The notes beneath the pieces were generated by a model. The model was not told the DNA's origin. It was given only the letters and a program-made list of their open reading frames with translations, and did no database searches. Positions 24,116 through 32,295 of a stretch of DNA of 64,000 bases are shown here, one piece after another (the first letter of the stretch is position 1; every line of letters begins with the position of its first letter). Both the position numbers and the translations under genes were made by a program. This DNA comes from a virus: the IMG/VR virus record IMGVR_UViG_3300045988_090087; one strand, given 5' to 3'.

Positions 24116-24496
24116 ATGAACAGAAATCAAGCTAAAAAATTTTATCCTATTCTGCAAGCTTTTGCAGAAGGAGAGGCAATTGAGTGTAGAACCAAACCAA
24201 GTGCATTAAGCAAAAGTTGGCAAGATATGAATGATTGGACGGAAATGAAAGAGATTGAGTTTTGGAATAATACAGAATATCGCATCAAGCCAGAACCAAA
24301 GTATCGTCCATTCAAGAATGCAGAAGAGTGTTGGGCAGAAATGCAAAAGCATCAACCATTTGGATGGACTAAACTAATAGGAGAAATCGAGTATAGTCTT
24401 ATAACAGATGTTGATGATACTATTAATTATTCAGATGCTATTAAAGAATATACATTTGCAGATGGAACTCCATTTGGTGTAAAAGAAGAGGAATAG
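24116..24496 (+). CDS. Hypothetical protein
   Basis: ORF track; TAG stop. Confidence 0.6.
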   Translation: MNRNQAKKFYPILQAFAEGEAIECRTKPSALSKSWQDMNDWTEMKEIEFWNNTEYRIKPEPKYRPFKNAEECWAEMQKHQPFGWTKLIGEIEYSLITDVDDTINYSDAIKEYTFADGTPFGVKEEE

Positions 24497-24498
24497 CT

Positions 24499-24765
24499 AT
24501 GGCAACATATAGAATAGTAGATATGTATCGTAAAAGCAAGGCTGTTAAAGGCATACATTACGATTCTTGGGATGAACCTATTCTTGCTTATCGGGTAGAT
24601 AAAAGACATTCATTACTCTTTGGACTTATTCATTATTGGGAATATGGTGCAAATAATCTTTTCCCAGTGTGCTCGTTTTATTCGGTTAATGAAGCTGAGG
24701 AAGCTATCTTAAAAGCAGAGAATTTTCCAATAAAGAGTAAAAAAGTAACAATTTTATATAAATAA
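24499..24765 (+). CDS. Hypothetical protein
   Basis: ORF track. Confidence 0.55.
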   Translation: MATYRIVDMYRKSKAVKGIHYDSWDEPILAYRVDKRHSLLFGLIHYWEYGANNLFPVCSFYSVNEAEEAILKAENFPIKSKKVTILYK

Positions 24766-24768
24766 TTC

Positions 24769-25119
24769 ATGAATAAAACAGATTTACATTCATCATTGCT
24801 TTTTCTAATGATTAAATTGGAAGAGGCTAAAAACAATTCAATGTCTGATAAAAACTTTGTCGCTGCATTGACCGATGTTCTCAGATATTTTCGTGATAAT
24901 GGAGAATTAAAGAAAGCTTATGAAATCCAAAAGGATTCATTAACAAATATGGCTAATAGTCCTTGGGCGAAATTAGTAATTGGTATGTTCACTTCAAAAG
25001 TACAAGAAGATAAAGTTGATGTAGAGTTGCCTGACATTGATGCTCTAATAAAAGAAAATACTTCTGATGAGTTCATTGAAAAGAAAATCAACGATATTCT
25101 AGGTATTAAAGAAAAATGA
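24769..25119 (+). CDS. Hypothetical protein
   Basis: ORF track. Confidence 0.6.
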   Translation: MNKTDLHSSLLFLMIKLEEAKNNSMSDKNFVAALTDVLRYFRDNGELKKAYEIQKDSLTNMANSPWAKLVIGMFTSKVQEDKVDVELPDIDALIKENTSDEFIEKKINDILGIKEK

Positions 25120-25250
25120 ACATGAATAATAACGATAATAACTTAGAAATCTTAGAAGAATTTACATACTCCATTCTCAAAGACCTAAAAAGTTTAGAAC
25201 CAGATATATCTCAACTAGTAGATGGATATTTTTGGCATTTAGTAGTATAG
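25116..25250 (+). CDS. Small hypothetical protein (44 aa), TAG stop
   Basis: Hand-translated; ATGA overlap with the upstream gene. Confidence 0.3.
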   Translation: MNMNNNDNNLEILEEFTYSILKDLKSLEPDISQLVDGYFWHLVV

Positions 25251-25265
25251 AACTTAAAAAAATAA

Positions 25266-25565
25266 ATGATATTCTATAGATTTGGTGAAATTCCAGAAGA
25301 TGAATATTCATCCATATGGAACAATAATAATGAAGTAATAGGTAAAGAAAAGGGTGTGTCTGTTTATGAAGCTCATAAAAATATAAATGGAACATACTCT
25401 CCCGTTCTTCCATTTCCAACAAATGAGATGACATTTAATGATTTTATATATAATGTAAAATACTTTACTGGCAATAAATATTTAGTAACCGGTGATTTGT
25501 TAGATGAAACTGGTACTGATGGCGAACCATTAATTAAGAATGTAAAAATATTAAAGAAATTATAG
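25266..25565 (+). CDS. Hypothetical protein
   Basis: ORF track; TAG stop. Confidence 0.55.
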   Translation: MIFYRFGEIPEDEYSSIWNNNNEVIGKEKGVSVYEAHKNINGTYSPVLPFPTNEMTFNDFIYNVKYFTGNKYLVTGDLLDETGTDGEPLIKNVKILKKL

Positions 25566-25567
25566 TT

Positions 25568-25972
25568 ATGGAAACAGAAAATATAAATAACTATTCGGAA
25601 ATGTCTATTGAGGACTTGGAAAAACTTAAAATAAAGTTTCTAAGTCAAAGAGATAATATAGAGAATATTATAGGAGAAATAATAAATAATATAAGAGCTA
25701 AAAAACTGCAAGTTAGTAATCACGCTCTTAGAGAACATCCTTACTATAAAGATAACACATCTTATCTAAAAGTAGTTATCAATGATGGTACTGGATATAC
25801 TGTAACTAAAATCACTCCTGGTGGTAAATGTATAGGTATATACCAATTTAATGCAGATAATACTAACTTTTTAAAATATTATAAAATCTGCTCTCAATCT
25901 GAATGGGAAAGTGCCATAGATAGACTTAATATATGGTTTAAAGATGCTAGTTTAAAAATTAAAAAGTTATGA
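25568..25972 (+). CDS. Hypothetical protein
   Basis: ORF track. Confidence 0.6.
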   Translation: METENINNYSEMSIEDLEKLKIKFLSQRDNIENIIGEIINNIRAKKLQVSNHALREHPYYKDNTSYLKVVINDGTGYTVTKITPGGKCIGIYQFNADNTNFLKYYKICSQSEWESAIDRLNIWFKDASLKIKKL

Positions 25973-26208
25973 TTAAAGCAACAGAAGCAAAGACTATATC
26001 TAGATCTGCTGTATTAGACCCGCATATATTAGATCAAATAAACTTTGCTATAATTAAAGAAGCTAGTAAAGGTAATTATGCAGCTTGGATTGGTTCTATA
26101 CTTCCGCCAACTAATGTTGACAAATATTATAATTACCTTAAAGAGTTAGGATTTGAGATTAGTCTTCGTTATAAGGGTGAACATGGAGTTTATGTAATTT
26201 GGGGTTAA
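25969..26208 (+). CDS. Hypothetical protein
   Basis: ORF track; ATGA overlap. Confidence 0.6.
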   Translation: MIKATEAKTISRSAVLDPHILDQINFAIIKEASKGNYAAWIGSILPPTNVDKYYNYLKELGFEISLRYKGEHGVYVIWG

Positions 26209-26230
26209 AAATAAAAAAAAATAAAAAAAT

Positions 26231-26440
26231 ATGAATAAACTTTGGATATTACCAACAATTTGTTTTATAATTGTTTTAGCTTGGTCAGTTCCTAGCTACT
26301 ATTATCAGAAAGCAAAAATTCTGGAATTGCAAATAATTGTAGATAGACAGTCAAATGCTATTCAGCAACTTGAAAAAGAGAAGAATAATACTGAAGTAAC
26401 TATTCCACAGTATTTAGATAGCCTGCCTGGAGGTGATTAA
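26231..26440 (+). CDS. Membrane-anchored small protein
   Basis: N-terminal TM segment LWILPTICFIIVLAWSV. Confidence 0.55.
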   Translation: MNKLWILPTICFIIVLAWSVPSYYYQKAKILELQIIVDRQSNAIQQLEKEKNNTEVTIPQYLDSLPGGD

Positions 26441-26451
26441 GTATTTATAAT

Positions 26452-26544
26452 ATGAATACAGATATTCAATTTGTAATTCTATTCTTTATTATGATAGGAA
26501 TATTAATTGTTTCTATGACTTTTTTATTGTATTATATAAGTTAA
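26452..26544 (+). CDS. Tiny hydrophobic peptide (30 aa)
   Basis: Hand-translated: MNTDIQFVILFFIMIGILIVSMTFLLYYIS. Confidence 0.3.
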   Translation: MNTDIQFVILFFIMIGILIVSMTFLLYYIS

Positions 26545-26549
26545 TTGCT

Positions 26550-27176
26550 ATGTATTTAGAAGGAGATAAATGGAAAAATTGGCACACTAGATGTTCTGAT
26601 ACTGCCATTAAAGAGAACAAAAGTGAAGAAGATACTAAACTAAGTACTATATCAGTGTCTAAATTACTTGAGTATGCACATACTGCATTGCATCATTGTG
26701 AGATTAATAATTTAGACCCTTATAAAGTTCCAGTATTTCTTACATTAGAGCGTGATAATAATTTGTATTCTAATATTGGTTTAGGTATATGTTGTAGTAG
26801 TCAGTTAGGTACTTATGTAACTTTAGGGTCTTCAGACTATTATAAAATGTCCTATGTTGCTCCGGATTCTAAACCTGAAGTTGGTGAATATTGGAGAAGT
26901 AGAGGTGTAGGTTATGATTTATCTGGTTTTGTAGTATCTAAACTAGCTGGAGAACGTTTAACTAGGCTAGTTAAATATGTACTAAATACAGATGAACCTC
27001 GGTCTCATCTAGATTACAGAGAATTTGAACCTAATTGGATTCAATTCAAGTTTCAAAAAGAAGAATTTAATCTAGAATTACTAGATAAACTCTCAAGAGC
27101 AAATGATAATATAGTTAATGAAGCTATATTAAGACAATGTATGATTAATGATTCCGAAAAAGAAACAGATTTATAA
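26550..27176 (+). CDS. Hypothetical protein
   Basis: ORF track. Confidence 0.65.
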   Translation: MYLEGDKWKNWHTRCSDTAIKENKSEEDTKLSTISVSKLLEYAHTALHHCEINNLDPYKVPVFLTLERDNNLYSNIGLGICCSSQLGTYVTLGSSDYYKMSYVAPDSKPEVGEYWRSRGVGYDLSGFVVSKLAGERLTRLVKYVLNTDEPRSHLDYREFEPNWIQFKFQKEEFNLELLDKLSRANDNIVNEAILRQCMINDSEKETDL

Positions 27177-27477
27177 TTTCTTTGATGACGGTAAATGTTC
27201 ACCAGGTAGATTATATAAAGCTTATGTAAAAAAAGTAATTCCTTTTAATAAGGCTGATATACATCTAAAGATACATTTAGTTAATAGTGCTCTTGATTGT
27301 AGTTGGATATGGAATGGAAATACTGACTATTTTATAGGCTGTTACATTCCTAAGTACGACAATCATCTTGTTTGGTTTGCTAGAACTAAATATGGTACAT
27401 GGTTTAGTATGGATATTCAATCTAATTGGCAAGGAGGATTGTTAGATGTAAATAGAGATATTCAATTTAGTTTTTAA
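27148..27477 (+). CDS. Hypothetical protein
   Basis: ORF track. Confidence 0.55.
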   Translation: MIPKKKQIYNFFDDGKCSPGRLYKAYVKKVIPFNKADIHLKIHLVNSALDCSWIWNGNTDYFIGCYIPKYDNHLVWFARTKYGTWFSMDIQSNWQGGLLDVNRDIQFSF

Positions 27478-27497
27478 CATTAATTAAGTTTTAAATT

Positions 27498-27578
27498 ATG
27501 GGTAATGAAGATAGAATAGATCCAGATGATTGGTACGATATGGGTTTTCCATATAGCCGAAGAATCAGAAGATATTAA
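27498..27578 (+). CDS. Tiny ORF (26 aa)
   Basis: Hand-translated; followed by the terminator hairpin at 27579-27602. Confidence 0.25.
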   Translation: MGNEDRIDPDDWYDMGFPYSRRIRRY

Positions 27579-27602
27579 AGAGTTCTAAATTAGAACTCTT
27601 TT
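27579..27602 (+). terminator. Hairpin terminator
   Basis: AGAGTTCTA-AAT-TAGAACTCT followed by TTT. Confidence 0.5.
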
Positions 27603-27608
27603 AAGTAT

Positions 27609-27940
27609 GGGGCTAAACTAGTATTTGATTGTCTAGGAGATAAAAAACACAGCAAGACAGTTGGAGAGACAACAAAACAATAATCGCTAGAGTTATCAAT
27701 ATGACTTCTGTTTCTTACGCTATTGCAGCCTAAGAAACCGAGCAGCACTTGCTTAGGAACAGAAAGGTGCACTATTTTCCATTTCTTATAAGTTCTCTGT
27801 ATACTTTAGGAACAGAGTGGTGGAAGTTGGCAATGTTAATCTTGTCAACCCTAACAGACAAGGATAGTCTTTAAAACCTATGCTGTAAGAACGTTTTGAT
27901 GCAAATAGGCAAGACGACGGGGCAGTACCGTCTAGCTCCA
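27609..27940 (+). ncRNA. ssrA: tmRNA-like gene (ssrA-type), tag reading frame ...SVSYAIAA-TAA
   Basis: 5' GGGGCTA pairs with 3' TAGCTCC, giving G3-U70 and discriminator A. A T arm GACGG-GGCAGTA-CCGTC is directly adjacent. An internal start-less frame GCT..GCAGCC-TAA (27686-27733) begins about 78 nt from the 5' end, and its stop lies in the CCTAAG..CTTAGG helix. Confidence 0.6.
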
Positions 27941-27977
27941 CTAGTTCATAGAACTGTTTTTATTATTATTTGTTTTT

Positions 27978-28013
27978 AATCCCTGGGCTATTATTATAGT
28001 TCAGGGATTTTTG
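27978..28013 (+). terminator. Rho-independent terminator after the tmRNA-like gene
   Basis: AATCCCTG..CAGGGATT followed by TTTT. Confidence 0.6.
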
Positions 28014-28033
28014 TTTAATTTTAACTGTTAATT

Positions 28034-28117
28034 ATGGAAGAATATATTAATAACTCTATTAAAATAATTGATGATATGTTATACAACATAGACATTCTTA
28101 TAAATTTATTAAAGTAA
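28034..28117 (+). CDS. Tiny ORF (27 aa)
   Basis: Hand-translated. Confidence 0.25.
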   Translation: MEEYINNSIKIIDDMLYNIDILINLLK

Positions 28118-28136
28118 TTATTAAACATTTATCAAA

Positions 28137-28403
28137 ATGGGTAAACAAATTTGGTTGCAAGATGGCAACGTTTTTAGCCAGGGTAGTGCGACAACAGTAT
28201 CTCATCCTGAAGGATTACCGAAAGGTATTTATGAAGTAAAAGTCTCAATGACTGGATTTTACTTAAGTAAAATCGCTGAGTCTTTTACGTTTGATTACAA
28301 ACTGTATGGTCTAAACCAAAAATTTATTGATTATGTCTTAAAGACATATGAGAACACTACAGGAAATTTAGGTGTTCTGCTAGATGGAATCAAAGGAACT
28401 GGT
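28137..28403 (+). CDS. AAA+ ATPase, exon 1 (ends inside Walker A: ...GIKGTG)
   Basis: The ORF stops 3 codons after GTGK. The Walker A continuation (KTVTAKEL...), Walker B and sensor motifs are in-frame at 29715. Confidence 0.7.
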
Positions 28404-29714
28404 AAAATTTAAGCAAATTCAGTAAGCTTAAATTTTTAAAAATTTTATATTTATTTGGATTTAATAAAATTTCATATATATTATAGTAATATTAATTTTA
28501 ACTATATGAATATGAAATTTGTAATTAATGAAGAATTAGGAGAAAAAATTAAGACTTTGTACTTAATAGATGGATTAAGTTGTACTAAGATTGGTAAAGA
28601 GGTTGGAATTTCTACTTCTACTATAAGTTCATTTCTAAAAAGAAATGGAATTGAAGTAGTTAATAAACAAAACAAATTATTATTTGATCTAGATAAAGAT
28701 ATTATTCCTAAATATAAGCAAGGGATAAGTTTATCTAAATTAGCTAAAGAGTATCATACTTCTATCCAAACTTTGTCTAGAAAATTAAAAGCTAAAGGGA
28801 TTGAAATAATCAATCATCAAAATGAAACTAAATTTAATGAGCATATCTTCGATGTTATAGATACTGAAGAAAAAGCTTATTGGTTAGGGTTTATATTTGC
28901 TGATGGTTATATTTCATCAAGAGATAACGGTTTTGAACTATCTTTAAAAGGCTCTGATATTGAACACTTACATAAATTTAATAAGTTTATGGAGCATAAT
29001 AAAGATAATGTCAAATTAGGGGAAGTTAAAAATAAAGATAAAACTTTTTTAAGGTGTCGCTGGGGAATAGTCAATAAGCACTTATGGAATACTCTAAATA
29101 ATTTAGGATGTACTCCAAGAAAAAGTTTAACTCTTCAATTTCCTAATATTTCTGAAGAATTAGAAATTCCTTTTATTAGAGGATACTTTGACGGTGATGG
29201 TTGTTTAAGTTACTATTAGAAGACAAAAATTTTACCAAAAGCTTCATTTTTAGGAACTAGACAATTTTTAGTAAAGATACAAGCAATATTAAATAATTTT
29301 AATATAAAAAGTTCTTTAGTAAAAGATACACGAATGGAAAATACTCTAGTATTAAATGTATCTTCAACAAATTCTTCAGATTTTTTAGACTTAGTATATA
29401 ATAATAGTTCCATTTATTTAGACAGAAAATATAAAAGATATAAAATTTTTAAAACTTGCCGTTCTAAACAGGAATGTTTAGAATTATTAGCGGGTGAAAA
29501 CGGGGAAGGCTGTGATGCTAATCCCGTGGTAAATGAAGATAGTAACGAATCTTCATCACTGTAACGCGTAGAAGTTGAAACTCTTATAAGAGAATATAAT
29601 ACTTCCAAGAGCGCCCGCTCTCCCAATCATTTGAATGGAGAAAAAGGTACGCTGAGCTATAACAAATAAGAAGTTATAGAAATATAGATAAAAAGCTATA
29701 TGATAACAATACTG
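28404..29714 (+). mobile_element. Group I-type intron (1311 nt) with a LAGLIDADG ORF, inserted in the Walker A codons
   Basis: The exon ends GGT (U) and the intron ends CTG (G). Joining restores GGT-AAA-ACA-GTT (G-K-T-V). The 3' ~120 nt is homologous to the helicase intron. Confidence 0.65.
28506..29564 (+). CDS. LAGLIDADG homing endonuclease with two N-terminal HTH modules; one in-frame TAG (29217-29219)
   Basis: YWLGFIFADGYI and IRGYFDGDGCL motifs. ORFs 28455..29219 and 29334..29564 share a frame that is open across the TAG, and the C-terminal part continues the LAGLIDADG fold pattern. Confidence 0.7.
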
Positions 29715-30602
29715 AAAACAGTTACCGCAAAGGAACTTTGTAATCGTTTACAGCTTCCTGTAATCTTAGTGCAATCAATGGGTGTTGATACTAATAGTAA
29801 ATTAATAAAATATTTATCTACATCTATTGATTTTGACTGTATCTTCTTCTTTGATGAATATGAGAAAGAATTTAAAAATTCTTCTGATGTTCTTTCTTTC
29901 ATGGATGGTACTTATAACTCTATTTATCGTAAGGTATTTTTACTTACTACTAATGAGTTAAATGTAGACCCAAATCTTCTTGGTAGACCTTCTAGAATAA
30001 GATATAAAAAGTCTTTCAGTAATCTTTCTGAGGAAGTTACTAGAGAGATTCTTAACGATATCTTGGAAGATAAAACTGCTATAGAAAAGGTTATAGAGTT
30101 AACTCATTCTATGAATATTATTACTATAGACTTAATTAAAGCTATAGCAACTGAAATTAATATTCATGGAGTAGAAGCTCTTCCTAATATTAAAGAAACC
30201 TTTAATATTGAATTCTCTAGATTTACTTATTTGTATAGAGAAGTACAAATCAGACATTGTGACTTGAAATTTACTCCTGAAAATATAAAGAATATATTAA
30301 AAGCTTTTTATAAGTTTAAAGAAATTAAAAAGAAAGATTGGGAGAAATATACTCAGGAAGAAATAAAATTCTATAACGAATGGTCTACTAAGTTCAATGA
30401 GGATTATGGTTCCACTACTGAGGATAAAGAGTTAAAATATCTGGAACCTGGAGATTATTTTGAGGATGATCGTATATTGATGGTAAGTATTAAAGAAAAA
30501 TATGTAGTAACTATGACTGATTATGGGAATATTAGAATATATATAATTAATAGTTGCTATTCTACAAGTAAAGCTACAGGTCTTGTAAATTACGAATTAT
30601 AA
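29715..30602 (+). CDS. AAA+ ATPase, exon 2
   Basis: KTVTAKELCNRL...; Walker B CIFFFDEYE; LLTTN; GRPSRI arginine. Confidence 0.7.
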   Translation, partial: KTVTAKELCNRLQLPVILVQSMGVDTNSKLIKYLSTSIDFDCIFFFDEYEKEFKNSSDVLSFMDGTYNSIYRKVFLLTTNELNVDPNLLGRPSRIRYKKSFSNLSEEVTREILNDILEDKTAIEKVIELTHSMNIITIDLIKAIATEINIHGVEALPNIKETFNIEFSRFTYLYREVQIRHCDLKFTPENIKNILKAFYKFKEIKKKDWEKYTQEEIKFYNEWSTKFNEDYGSTTEDKELKYLEPGDYFEDDRILMVSIKEKYVVTMTDYGNIRIYIINSCYSTSKATGLVNYEL

Positions 30603-30680
30603 AAAATAAATGCCCCCTTGGAATTAACATCAGTTAGTTCTTAGATATTTAATTTTTATTATTTAAACATTTACAAATTT

Positions 30681-32234
30681 ATGGAACATTTAGTTCTTAT
30701 TGGTGTTATCGCAGTCGTTATTATTGTACTGCTTGTTATTATTGCTACAATGTATGTTAAAGCTCCTCCTTCGATGGCGTACATTCTTTCAGGTTTTCGT
30801 AAGGAGCCACGAGTACTTATCGGTGGTGGTGGAGTAAAAATTCCTGTACTTGAACGATTAGATAAAGTATATCTTGGTCAAGTAACAGTTGATGTTAAGA
30901 CTTCACAACCAGTTCCTACTCATGATTTCTTGGATGTAATGGTAGATGCCGTATGTAAAGTTAGGGTAAAACCTGATACAGAAGGCACTAGACTTGCAGC
31001 TAAGAACTTCTTGAATATGAATTCTGTGCAGATTGCTGCTCAGGTGAAAGATTCTTTGGAGGGTAATATGCGTGAAGTAGTAGGTTCTCTTGACTTAATT
31101 AAGATTAACACTGATAGAGATGCATTCTCTGATGAAATTCAGAAGAAAGCAGCTCCTGATATGGCTAAGTTAGGTCTTGAGATTTTGTCTTGCAATATTC
31201 AGAATATTACTGATGAGAAAGGCTTGATCCGTGATTTGGGAGCTGATAATACAGCAGCTATTCAGAAAAATGCTAAGATTACTCGTGCTAATGCTGATAG
31301 AGACGTAGCTAAGGCTCAAGCTGAGGCTGACAATGAAGCTAATGAAGCACGAGTAAAGGCTGACACCATTATTGCTGAACGTAATAATGAATTAGCTATT
31401 AAGAAAGCTGAACTGAAGAGATTATCTGATATTAAGAAGGCTGAATCTGATGCTGCGTATAAGATTCAGCAGCAGGAGCAGCAGAAAACTATTAATATCA
31501 AGACTGTAGATGCTGATATTGAGAAGACTCGTAAAGAACAGACCTTGTCTGAGGAGAAGATTAAAATTAAGCAGAATGAGTATCTTGCAGATGTAAATGC
31601 TAAGGCTGATGCTGATAAGTATCAGACAGAGATTGATGCTCAGGCTGCTCTGGAGAAGCAGAAGCGTGAGGCTGAGGCTGAAGCTTATAAGGCAGAGCAA
31701 ACTGCTAAGGCTATAAAAGCTAAGGCTGAAGCTAGTCGTTATTCTCAAGAGCAGGAAGCAGCAGGTATTCGTGCTAAGGGTGAAGCTGAAGCATATGCTA
31801 CTCAGCAGACTTTGACTGCTGAAGCTGAAGGTACTAAGGCTAAACTTTTGGCAGAAGCTGAAGGTGTGAAGGCTAAGGGTCTTGCAGAAGCTGAGGCTAT
31901 GCAGAAGAAGGCTGAAGCATACAGTAAATATGGCTCTATTGCTGTAATTGACATGCTTTCTAAACTTAATGAGAAAGTTCTTCCTGATATGGCTAAGTAT
32001 ATTGCTGAGCCTATGAGTAAGATTGGCAATATGACAGTTTATGGAACTAATGGTTCTGAGGCTTCTGGTATTTCTGGTAATGTGCCTGCTATTATTAAGC
32101 AAACCCGTGACATTGTAAAAGATGCCACAGGTGTAGATATGGCAGACATTATGAAGGCTAACACCATTGATGCTAAGGTTAACAAGAATGTTAACGTTAA
32201 TGGCGACGTAGAAAACACCAATGTAAATGTATAA
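30681..32234 (+). CDS. SPFH/flotillin-like membrane protein
   Basis: An N-terminal TM segment, an SPFH core (GGGVKIPVLERLDKVYLGQVTVDV...), then a long A/E/K-rich coiled coil. Confidence 0.75.
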   Translation: MEHLVLIGVIAVVIIVLLVIIATMYVKAPPSMAYILSGFRKEPRVLIGGGGVKIPVLERLDKVYLGQVTVDVKTSQPVPTHDFLDVMVDAVCKVRVKPDTEGTRLAAKNFLNMNSVQIAAQVKDSLEGNMREVVGSLDLIKINTDRDAFSDEIQKKAAPDMAKLGLEILSCNIQNITDEKGLIRDLGADNTAAIQKNAKITRANADRDVAKAQAEADNEANEARVKADTIIAERNNELAIKKAELKRLSDIKKAESDAAYKIQQQEQQKTINIKTVDADIEKTRKEQTLSEEKIKIKQNEYLADVNAKADADKYQTEIDAQAALEKQKREAEAEAYKAEQTAKAIKAKAEASRYSQEQEAAGIRAKGEAEAYATQQTLTAEAEGTKAKLLAEAEGVKAKGLAEAEAMQKKAEAYSKYGSIAVIDMLSKLNEKVLPDMAKYIAEPMSKIGNMTVYGTNGSEASGISGNVPAIIKQTRDIVKDATGVDMADIMKANTIDAKVNKNVNVNGDVENTNVNV

Positions 32235-32248
32235 ACATTAAGTATCAC

Positions 32249-32278
32249 AGAGGAAGAGTTATTCTCTTCCTCTTTTTC
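32249..32278 (+). terminator. Rho-independent terminator
   Basis: AGAGGAAGAG-TTATT-CTCTTCCTCT followed by TTTTT. Confidence 0.65.
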
Positions 32279-32295
32279 TAACTTTTAAAAATTTT

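Noticed and set aside
29334-29564. ORF 29334..29564 as an independent gene
   Set aside because: It shares a frame with the LAGLIDADG ORF, and that frame is open across the single TAG. Its sequence continues the endonuclease domain, and its ATG is internal.
31240-31930. Apparent DNA tandem repeats (GCTGAAGC / GCTAAGGC) in the flotillin gene
   Set aside because: They reflect the periodic A-E-A-K coiled-coil coding sequence, not a non-coding repeat array, and the frame stays open throughout.
31422-32248. Minus-strand ORFs 31422..32102, 31802..32029 and 32039..32248; likewise 3535..3810, 3731..3955 and 6013..6318
   Set aside because: They are antisense to strongly coding, GC-richer genes (the flotillin coiled coil and the Ala-rich protein). 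Their translations are low-complexity Ser/Leu strings, typical of shadows of GCT/GAA/AAG-rich frames.
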